This document shows positions 36,601-48,200 of a stretch of 64,000 nt of DNA, in pieces. A program made the position numbers and the translations under genes. The notes beneath the pieces were generated by a model. That model worked only from the letters and a program-made list of their open reading frames with translations, searched no databases and was not told the origin of the DNA. The number at the start of each line of letters is the position of its first letter. Within the stretch, counting starts at the first letter, position 1. Source of the DNA: Setoptus koraiensis (lineage: Eukaryota > Animalia > Arthropoda); contig CM106585.1 in the NCBI GenBank assembly GCA_048013815.1, positions 9,176,001 to 9,240,000 of the forward strand, in the 5' to 3' direction.

Positions 36601-39259
36601 GTATGCACGTTGCAGCCAGTGGGGCCCCGCTCCTATGCTCTTATGCTCTTATGCTAGCTGCGCATAAGCAGCGACAGATCGCGCTTCGAACGGGGGCCAG
36701 AATCACTTGAGTGATAGTTGCTGTTGCTGTTGCTAGTGTTTAATGTGTGTAAAAGTTGCCATCTATTGCCGGCGTTGTTGTCGTTGTTGTTGTTGTTGTT
36801 GGTGTCGTTGTTGGTGTCGTTGTTGTCGTAGTTGTCGTTGCTGTCGTTGTTGTCGTTGTTGTCGCTCGAACACAATGACGATGAAAAACGCTTGGGCAAT
36901 TAATCAAAAGTGCTACACTGTTCAGTGGTGCATATTCTTTTTGATTTGAATTAATGAACGAACTGGCGCCATAATAATAATAATAATCATCATCATCATC
37001 AACATGCCGGCTGGGGTGGTTGTCGCCGTGGCCAGTGCGCGACAACGCAATTGGGGCCCCAAACAACCCAGATAACACCAACACCAGCAGCAGCAGCAGT
37101 TACACACACCGTTGTTGTTGCGTTGTGCCGGATAATTGTTATCAGCGAGCTACTGACGCTGCAAGTTGTGCAACTAACACTGGTCTGGCGACACAACTCA
37201 TTTGCATGCCGCATCACACTCACTGTGCCATGTTTGTGTGGGTGGTCTATTGATGGGGCCCCGGGTGCAGCCGCAATGTTCGCACACATGCAACACACAT
37301 TAGAGGCGCCATTGGCCAGCAACAACAACAACAACATCGAAGCCAACAACAACAACAGCTACGAGATGTCGCTCAAACTAGCGCGTGGCATCTGTTTGAA
37401 TTTGGCCAAATTGAAGCGCACTTCCGCCAGCCCGTTGCTGCACCTAGTGGCACGCTCAAGTGTTGCGCAATAGACGCGCTAATTGACTATTATAGTGCGT
37501 GTCATATTGGCACATTGTGCACGCTGGCGGCCTCATTGATGAGCTGAAAAAATGGGCTCAAAAGATGCAAAATGGGGCCCACACCAGCCAGACTTGGTGT
37601 TGTTGTTGTTGTTGGCGAGCTGACAGCGTCTGGCAAACAAAGTGCAAAGGCGCTGCAAAGTCACGTCTGTCGGGCGGTGTTGTTGGCACGAGTTGTTAGA
37701 CGAGGTGTTCGACAATAGATGGGCAGCTTCTTCTGGCAACATCTCTAACGTGTTGACTGAGGCCACTTGCAACCCGGAAAATAACGCCGACGAGCTGATG
37801 CAAATTTAGCCAGAAGGAGGCGGATGAAAGCAAAGACAATGTTAGAGGCAGGCGCATTTGCGAGTGCAGTCTGGGGTGTCGCACAATCAGAGGCGCGCCT
37901 CGGATCGGCACGAATTGGCGCGAATCGGCACGAATTGGCACGAATTGGGGCCCGAGCGAGCGAGCAAACAAAGCGACAGGCCGGGCGAATAAACAAGACA
38001 TGACATTTGTCGCTTTTTTTGTCCGATCACCAGTATTTATGAGGCCCCGTTTTACCTTGATACAGCGGCTGTGTCGTAGAGCGGACAGCAGATGCTGCAT
38101 TGATGGCTTCAGTGATGACACACAAACTTGCTACCAATTCATCGAGGCTAACGGTAATTTTTCTAGTTTTTTTCTCGAGAGGGTCACAGATGTTGCTCGC
38201 CCATCAGCGGCTAACATCTTGTTAGTAACAAGTGCAGCGTGTTAGTAAGTGTGTTTGATAAGAATACTAACAAGCAATCGGAGATTCGATTATGTAAGGT
38301 GGCCTGATAATGCCGTTACATGCCGTGTTATAATAGTCGCAAACGTGACAAAGTCTCTGTTGTTGTCTACATTGCTGTTGTACTATGTAATTTTGTACTG
38401 TAATACAAACTCTGTATGGCCATGGTTAGTTTTCTGGCCGCTTGAGGCGCCAGTTGTCAGCCTAGGGGCTCAGAGGGGCCCCTATACATCAGTTAGCCTG
38501 GCGCCATCCATCAGTTAGCGTTTGATGATACATATCGTGTGTCGCAATGTTGGTGTTTGTCGCGCAACAACAGACAGATAACATGAGCACACAACAAGAA
38601 CAAACAACACGTTGCTGACGTTACAATTCAATCAATCTGTTACTGAGCTTGTTACATCATCAGGGGCCCCACTTTTCTGGTGACTTGTTCTCCCGTGCGC
38701 CAGTCCACAAGTGAGATATGTGACAATTCTGAGAGAGCCACACACACACAGCGGGCCAATCATTAGCGCAACAGCAGGTTGTTATTAAATCATTATTCAC
38801 TTGTTCTCGGCTGCTCTGACCCACTGTGCCACTGAATGTGCGCCAGTGGGGCCCCAAATGACATTTTGCTGGCTGGCGTGCTGTCAGCTCATCAGCCAGC
38901 CAGACAGCCAGTCACTGATGGCAGCCAGCACAAACAAGGCAACAACGCGCCCCGTAAGCTGATAAGCTGATAACGGGACAACAACAAAAGTATCGCCAGC
39001 AAATTGATTTATGTCGAGTGAGCAGTTCATTTCATCATTGTCAATTATGCCGACACAATTATGACGACACAATTGCGCCGAAAGGGGCCACCGAATTGTG
39101 AGCAAACCGACAATGAGTCATACCTGGCCGAACACTAACGGCCAACAACCTGTCACTGGGCGCTGACCGTTGTCCACGCCGCGCACTAATATTATAATAA
39201 TGATATTTCACTCTGGCCCCGCTCACAAAAAGCGTCGCCCACGACAAAGCCGGCGAAAG

Positions 39260-39298
<39 letters not shown>

Positions 39299-42200
39299 AG
39301 CCGAAAATAGTCGCCGACGGCCACTATTTTTGGAGGGGCCCCTCGAATTGCGCGCCCACGCTGACAAAAATTTAATCCGTCGCTGGCTGTTTGTCGGCGT
39401 GCTGGAATTAGCCGCTCACAGAGAGCGCAATTGATCATTAATTGAGGCCACTAATGCACTGATACACACATGCCATGACGAGGCGCCTCGCCAGCGCGGT
39501 CAGTTGGGCTCACTCGAAATATCAATATTTGTTTTTTAGTTTGGGCCGGCCAGCCGCGGCCAGTTTGGGCCAGTTTGGGCCAGTTCGGGCCGGTTTAAGC
39601 CAGTTTGGGCCGGCCAGAGTGGCCAGAGTGTGCACCGGCCAACAACAACATTCAGCGGTACGTGACTGATTTATCCGCTCACTACAAGTAGCCGGGGTGT
39701 CGGGCGCCCCGGCTGCATAATACCGCCGCACAGTTGTCTATTAGTGCCCACGCTCACAATCAGTCGCCACAACTGACCAGTGGTGCCCCTGTCGCGCCCG
39801 TTTGGCCGGTGGCCAGCTCGCTAATGTCATTGCGAGCTGTGCTGTCCTATATAATATTGTATCACTATTATGTAACATGGCCGCTGTGCAATTGTTGGCC
39901 CGCACAGCACATCTAATGTCATCAACTGCTCGCAACAACGGCGACAACAACGGCGACAACAACAGCGACAACAACCACACACTCGTGAGCATGTTGTGTA
40001 AAATGTTGTTGTCGGCGGAGAGAATGCTTTTTATGTTTGGCTCGCCATGATCATCATGACTTGATGACATAATTCTGCCTGTCCCAACCTATTTGGCCCC
40101 CTATTGCATAATGTCCTCTGCGGCCCGCGTGCAATTTGAAAGGTCGCGCCACAGCGTGATCCACACTGCCCACTAGCACCTAATCACCTAGCTGGCGAGC
40201 CAGCTCGCTCTGGCGGCCATTTTCATGGGGCCGCTCTGGCGGCCATTTTCGTGGGGCCGCTCTGGCGGCCATTTTCGTGGGGCCGCTCTGGCGGCCATTT
40301 TCGTGGGGCCGCTTGTGGCCCCATGAAAATGGCGCCAAGTTTCGAATTGGCGCCACTTGTTTCAATGCCACGCGCCACAGTTGCTGCCAATGTGACCGGC
40401 TGTCCGATCGGAATATCGCCGCTCGGTGTATTATTAGCCCGGCGAGACATTCTCGTGAGCAGGTTGCCATATATACCCAATGTGTGTCCACTCGCAACCA
40501 ATCACGGCAATCACACGCGCTCGTTGCGGCTCAGAATGGCCGCCACTCGGCCCACTCGCCGAATCTCGGGGGCAGAATGGGCGCGAACTTGGGGCCAAAC
40601 GGAGCAAAAACGATGGGCGCGCTCGCGAGCCCCGAGCCGGGACGTCACGTGCGCGGTGGCGCCACTGCGACCCAATCGGTTGCACCTCGGCAAACTGTTA
40701 TGAAATAAACTCAACAGCGGCCCAAGCGGCCAGAAAGCGAAGCAAACCGTTTGCGTGCTACACTAGCCACTAGGCAGCTCGTGGTGGCAACGATATGCCA
40801 CGAGCTGCGGTGCTAACTGGCGCCGTCTTACGACACCGCCAACGACAATTTACAGTTGCTGTGCTGTTTAGCCAGCCCCACGTGGCACGACGCACACGCA
40901 CACGATACAGCGCTGGCCTTAAGCGTTTGCTGGGCTGTTTTGTTATGTAAATTTTGCTCGTGTGTGTGTGTGTGCGTGTGTGTGTGTGTTTGTGTGACAC
41001 AATTACCGGCCCGCTAAGCTGTTGGCCAGGTCTGCCCAGGAGGCCCCGTTATCGGCAACGAGTGATCGCCGGGCGAGCGCACAAACAAAGGGTCAGAGGG
41101 CGCATTTTGCGCGCGATACAACAAGTTTGTTCGCGACCGCACTATTTAAAGGCCGCTCGGCCGTTGCGTCCGAACCCGCACAATAACCAAATAGCCGCAC
41201 ACCTGATTAAGCGAGCGGTCCGGGTCGGGCCGGGCCGGACCGCGCCAACAGCGACATGGGCGACATGGGCGACATGGGCGACATGGGCGACATGGGCGAC
41301 AACGCCAGCGACAGCGTCAATGCCAGCGCCAGCGACAACGCCGCCAACTGAGTCAATATCGCGTGCCCCGGGGCACTGCGGCCGGCGCCTGTTTCGGCTC
41401 GTGGGGCCCGCTCCCTGCTGGCCCGCCGGGCACACCGACACTGGCTAGATAACGCCACTGGCTACTGGTCAGCGCTGGCGGTGGTAGTTACAATGGACAA
41501 CAACGGTGCGCCTTTGTTGTGGTCGGTCACTGGCCGGCCCGTGGCGACAAACAACGGCCACGAGCCGGACCGAGTTAAGCTGGCCGGTCAGTTGAGCCGG
41601 CCCACGGTGGCCAATATAAACTCGACGCGAAGTCGGCAAAAAATCGACGCGAACTCGGCACAAACTCGATACGAACTCGATATAAACTCGATACAAGCGC
41701 GGCCCGGCGATACCGAGCGCGAGAGATATAACGAGAGCCAGTTATTGCAAACTAAATGACGCGTATTATCACGGCCGCCACCATGATTATGATGATGATC
41801 ATTGGCGGCCAGCGGCGGCCAGCACGCACACAATTACTGAGAGTAGTTATGAGAAGTGAAATTTTGCCTATCAAACTGGCCCCTTTTGGCTTTCTTTTGG
41901 GCGCGATCGATTGGCCCCATCGAGTCGCGCCGAGCGGCCCCATCGTGTCGCGCCGAGCGGCCCCATGGAGGCGCATCGGCCGACGAGGCTCGGCCAAGGG
42001 AGCAAAAAAGCCGAGTTGTCGAGCCAGCTCGCAGCTTGATAACTCGGCCGTCGCGACGCATCGGCTAAGGCTGACGGCCTCTCGACGGCACGCGCCCAAC
42101 CAACTAATAAAAGTCGCTCTGTCTGGCGAGCTAGCCACGCACCGAGCGGCCAGCAAATCAACAAATCGGCAAATCGTGTCGCTATCGACAAATATTAGTG

Positions 42201-45200
42201 ATAGACAATATTTAGTGAGCCGAACATTTGTCGTGTGAACGAGGCCAGAGACACAGAGACCACAAAACGATGAAAAGATAACCAATCGGATGATCCAATC
42301 GATTGCATGCGCTCGCCTTATCTCATGCCCCAAACATCCAATTCGGGGGGGGGCCCTTTACAGAGGTACCAACTATCGCTCGACAAAACTCTTGCTTTAG
42401 CAGTGTCTCTGCAGTGCTGTTACTGTCAATTATTTATGGTCATTATAATGGGATATCCAGTGCGCCGCCATTTTCGATAATAATCAATGTTTGTGTGTCG
42501 CCCGAAATCAACAAGCCGTGTTCTCTGTATTTACTTTGTTTTCGTTTCGTGTTGCCCTAAGTGAGGCTGGCTGCCACATGAAACGAGACGTAAGCGGATG
42601 AGAGGCGAAAAATAAAATGGAAATCGCCCTTAGAGGTGGCACTGTTTTTGGCCTCTTGCTCTGGCCTTGCCAACAAACAGACGAGACGAGCGCTGCAAAA
42701 CAAGCGGCCAGACATGTGGCTCGACTAGATTAAAAGAGATAAATATATAAAAAAAAACGGAGAGAGACAGTCCATTTTAATCTGTGTGAGTGAGACAGAA
42801 GGGGCCCGCAGCGCGCAATCATTAGCTCGACAGAGTTTTCTTCTCGGCTGCTGCTGGTTTCTCTAAAATGCAAATGTTTGCCTTGTTACCGTCGCTGTGT
42901 GTCGAACATAGAGAAACGGCAAATCATTCATCAATAATCAAATTTGACTATTGGGCCCATCGCTGCGCTTGCCGAGCTCGCCTCATCGAGCTCGCCTCAT
43001 CGAGCTGCCCTCATCGAGCTGCCGTCTGTTTGTGCGCCGACCATAACGACTCGCGAAAAACTCGAATCCTTCGAGTGTTTCGAGCCGAAGAGAGTTGCGA
43101 TTGGCAAAGTTGAAAAGTTGCAAGGTTGACTCTTCAACCTTGCAACGTGTCGAAAAGTGGAAAAGTTGGAGAGTTGAAAAGTCGCAAAATGTGCAGCTGA
43201 AAAGTTGATAAAGTCGCCAGCCCGAAAAGTGAACCAATGGTGGACGCTATAGGCCTCTCGACTGTGCCGAGTGCTGGAATGCAGCACAGACGCAGCTGCA
43301 CAGACGGGCACAAATCTTGACAATTGTGGCCTGGTCGAATCGGGAAATGGAAATTCTGTTGGGCCCTCGCCATTTCGAGCTGCCACACAATTGCAGTGCG
43401 GCGCCAGAGAAGCTCGCCTCTAAGAAACTGGCAAGTGACAGTGGCTCAAGCAGGGATCTGATAGGGGCCAGTTTGCAGCGACAAGACCGGGCATTGACGT
43501 CATTTTTGATATACATTTCTTTTATAGACATGGGCACATTGGATTATTTTATAAGAGAGAAATTTAAAATGGTACAACTGGGCTATCTGGCCTGCATTGG
43601 CCAGTTGACATAGTGAAAAAATAGAATCCATTTTGATTTATGCACACGATAACCAGTCATCCACTAATGGCTGGCTGGCCCCCTGAGCCGGCCATTGTGT
43701 TGAGCCATTGGGGCCCTCATTATTCTGGGAAATGGCCGGACAGCAGCAGCAGCGGCAGCAGCAGAAGTGAACAGAATACCTTGAAACAAGTGGACCAGTT
43801 AGCGGCAGATTATGGCATTTCTAAAGTGAGGACTTTAGACTTGAAACTGCCGGCTGCCTCCGCAAACTGGAGTCTGGACTCCACACTCTGCAGTCCAGAC
43901 TCCAGTTTGCGGATTGCGCACTCTAGAGGAACTCTCTCTGTTGGCAAGCTCTGTTTCTCGGAAGTTATGTCACATTGATACTGGGCCGGCAGCGACTAGC
44001 AGCAACAATATATCGTTCGATCAATGCGCCCCTCTCAACATATTTATAGATAGATATAGAGAAGCGCCAGAGGCAACAAAACATGGCTAGTCGTTAGCCA
44101 TTGCGAGGACTCCAACACTCACAAGCACTGCAATGGGCAGAGAAGCGGGCCCACATAAGGCACACAGCAAACAAGCGAGAGCTAGCAACATATACATACA
44201 AATATATCACACATCAATAATGGGCCCCATTTAGCCGGCCAGGCAGCGGAGGTAGCGATCGAGCAGGGCAAAATATTCAAGCTTCTTGTTCTTGCGACAC
44301 ACACTCTAACTGCTGTCGGGTGCAAAGAAAAGAGACATTAGCTTCTTTTTGCAGCTCCAACTGGCACGCCGGGCCCCCGACCAATCTCATCCTGTGCGCG
44401 TTCTCATTAGAAAAGTCGCCCTGCCAAGACAAGCTCGATTTATCTTGAACCCAAACGCACCTTTGCAACACTGGGCGCACACACACTGGGGACCGAAGCA
44501 CTGGGTGAGCGGCGGCGCATTTTAAATTTTCTTCGCTCACCTTTCGCCAAAATGATCTGTTTCTAAGCTGGGGCCCGTGTGTCGTTAGTGCCATTGTGTT
44601 GCGTGTGTGTGTCTGACACTCACTGTACACTAAGTGATTTCGCCCTGTTTTGCCACTATCAATCTTTGTATCGCATACAAGCGGATAATGGCCTGGCCGC
44701 GACACACACGGACGACAATGCACTGTGCGCTGTCACTCTGTGACGGCATAATTCTTTTTCTTTCGATTTCCGGTTTCGAACCGCCAGCCAACTGTCGGTG
44801 GTGCCGCCAGTCTGTCCGCTATCTTGTTCGGCTATTTTGTTGCTGTTGGCCGATCTCTATTTTCGCGTTCATCGCCAGCAGCAGCAGCAGCATCGTGATG
44901 ATAAAATGAACAATCGCCGCTGATGAAATTGACGCTGACGCCCATGAAATAGATGATGCCAAAAGATGAATGCAACAGCCAACAATAACAAGCTATCAAC
45001 CTATTAAAGTTGCATAACATTGGCCTAACCTCTGCCTATTGCATCAGCAAGGCCGCCCCACTCGCCATAAGTAGTGGCCACAGTGAGCGAGCAACGAAAC
45101 CGGAAATAGATTGAGCCGGCAACATTGAGCCGGCTATTTCCGCATACACACACACACACGGCCCCACTTTTAAACAAACAACAATGTCCGCGACGACGGT

Positions 45201-48200
45201 CAGCATCACCGAGAGGGTTGCAGCGGCCAGGTAATAGTGGCTCGTGCACACAAAGAGACGCTTGTCGCGTCGGCTTGTCTCGCCAACGGTAAATCTTGCC
45301 GGCGTCGTTGAAACCGGCGGACGGGCCACCGACGGTTAAATGAGACACCAACAACAAAAAGAGGCCCAAGAAGCAGAAATTGCGCCTTCCCTCGGCCGTA
45401 TCCGCGTCCGCCCGTCTCAAGCGGCTGGTCATTATGTAGCGCGCGAGATTAATGGTACCCTTGCCGCAGCTTCCCGTCGTCTGCACACTGTGAAATTGGT
45501 GGACCCGAGGCCCAATTAGTGAATGCACCCCCCCCCCATTCTCGCCCACTTGCCAAGCTGAGCAGGCCAATCAAGTGGGTGTGATAGCGCCGGCAGGTTG
45601 TCCCGCCGACCTGCGGCCAACAACGCGCCCGCTAGCCCGTTGCCAAACAATGCCGGCGAGACAATCTATTTTGTGGGTGTGACAAACTGGACGCCCCCTC
45701 CGCTAGCATCGGATCTATGGAGTGCCGAGCAGGGCGACAAAAACACAAGCCGGCAAGCGATGATGGTACCGCCGGCGAGCGGCTCGAGCACCGATTTGCG
45801 GGCCGCTAACTGGCAACGGGCTGGCGCTGGCGACACCGAGATTGAATATGTTGGCGTCACACTTCGGCCGGCCGCTGATGTATGAGGTAGTTGGGTCCGA
45901 TTCCGGTTAGTTACTCGACCGCTCGCTAGTTGGCCGCTACTGGAACACTGGCCAGCGAGCCAGTGAGCCAGGGAGCCAGTGAGCCAGTGAGCGGGGGAGC
46001 CAGTGAGCGGGGGAGCCAGTGAGCGAGGGAGCCAGGGAGCGGGGGAGCCAGCGGGCGAGGGAGCGGGCGAGGGAGATGCAGCTAGACTGGCAAATGGGAC
46101 AAAACAAATGTGGCTGTAGTTTACGCTAGAATAAGCACACATAAATAAGTTTTAGCTAGCGCACTGGTCGCTAGGTACCTAGCGACAACAATGAAAGAAT
46201 TGGCGAAAGAAAGCATCGCCCAAAAGACACGCGCTGACACGCGAATTGTCGGGCCCCGCGCTGCAGCCTTGCGGGCACCTTGCGAGATTGCGGGCCGCCA
46301 ACGGGGGCCGAAATCTGTGCGCAACCAAAGGCTGGTTTTGGATCAGCGATTTTCTTTTATCGCCAATGTCTCGGCGCGCGCGCGCCATTCCGGCCTCGCT
46401 GGCGCGTGCTGTTACAGGGCCGCTGCAGAGCTGCTGCACAGCGCCACCAGAGGGGCACGGATAATGGGCACTAGGGGCAACAAAAATTGGTTGCTCGGCG
46501 GGCGCCCGTTGGGGTCCGGCAAAAAGTTGTTTGGCTGTTCTTTGGAGCTTGTTCAGGAGCGGCAAACTGGCCGTTTTTTCTCGGCGCCTCCGCTGTCTGT
46601 CTCCACTAACCGACTGTTTGTGCGTTGCGTTGAGCGGCCCGACGACTGGGCCATTCTAAAGCACTATCAATGGATTGATTGTTGAGCCAACACTGTCGGC
46701 TGCTGACCTCGCCTTGCGTAATCTTGTATGTCGCCACTTGTCAAGCGACGAGACGACGCGACGGGCGACGAGCCGCGAGCCGCGAGCCACGAGCCACGAG
46801 CCACGAGCCACGAGCCACGAGCAAGAGCTTTGAATGAAACAGAACAGGACGGCAGAATGATACATTAGACAACATTTGGGGCCACTTGTCGTGGATGGCA
46901 CGAATGGTGGCTGTTCGACCACCTTCCGAAAAGAATGGGCCCGCTGATATTGCGTCAGAGAGTTGACGTGGCCGCCCCCTGTCTGTTCGGATGTGGCGTA
47001 TTGAGGCGAGTGCTGTCTCAATTGGGATTCAGTGTCTTTGTGTGTGTGTGTGTGTGGGGCCCAACAAAGCCCCAGACAGTGCACGTCAGGCTGTCGTAAG
47101 ACGTGCTCTGAACAACAGCTTACAATTGCTGCTGTTGTTGCCGTTGGTGGCGCTGCTGTCTGGCTGGTTGTCTGGTTGGCTGGCTGGTTGGTTGGCTGGC
47201 TGGTTGGGGTAACTTGATCCCATTAGAAGGCGCTGCGACGCCATACGATTCGTATGATACGAACGACTGTCAGCCGCAGACAAATCAATGCGATTCCGAC
47301 TGGCTCGCTGGCCTTGACACAATCAAGTTGACGGCGAGCTGGCCAAGAGCAAAAATCCATATAATGTGTCCATTTGGTGGGCTGCAGCGTCGCCGGCGAT
47401 CGCCGATGAGTCGGCCGCTCGTCAATACGCGCAACTCATTAATAAATCATCAAGTCACGTCTAAAGTTGCGTCCCATCAAAATGATGGCTGCATTCTCGA
47501 CTCGCATATCTCATCATTGCGTCATTGCGTCATTGCGTCATTGCGATTTGCTTGGTCACAGGTGAGCTGTCAGTTGGCGCGATTCATCTGCGGATCGCTC
47601 AATTTGACAATTGTGAGAATGGCACGACACGAAGCTGTTTTGGCAAGAGTGTTGCAACACTCTTAAAACTCACCTCCAATGCGCCATCTATCAGCCATGT
47701 CGCGCTGCTAACTAAGCGCCCTTAATGGTAACGGCAACACGCCGCTAATAAGCGTTAATCATTCATATTAGTTACGTAATACATGACTGATCAACAAACA
47801 CACACACGCACACGCACACAAAATCCACTGACCCAGCCAGCTAAACAAACCAACCGTCGGTGTGTGACAGACAGACAAACACATATTATTGTGCTTATTA
47901 TGCAATCAGCTGTTTTGGGGCCAGCCTCAATTGATGCCCAACGCACACACACACGCACACGCACACACAGCGACAACTTTGTCGCTCTTTGCTCACCTGT
48001 TCAGCCTGTCAGTTGGCCGGACAGGTGAGTAACGGTGCGGCAACAATGTTGTCTAGGCGAGTCTAGTCGAGTGTGGCTCGACAAAACTCGACCAAACATT
48101 CGACAAATTTGAGCGCCAAAATGCGTGGTGGTCAGTGCGACAACTATCGGGAGGCTCTATTAGCATCGATTGGCGCTGGTGTCATACAAAGCGAGTCTAT

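Noticed and set aside
19873-40336. Short direct-repeat arrays as possible CRISPR arrays
   Set aside because: Units are head-to-tail without unique spacers, there are no cas genes, and the context is eukaryotic.
45170-45329. DKRLFVC...VMLTVV, resembling Ig F-G strands, inside intron 1
   Set aside because: There is an in-frame stop just upstream, no convincing flanking splice sites, and Ig1 is already complete without it.
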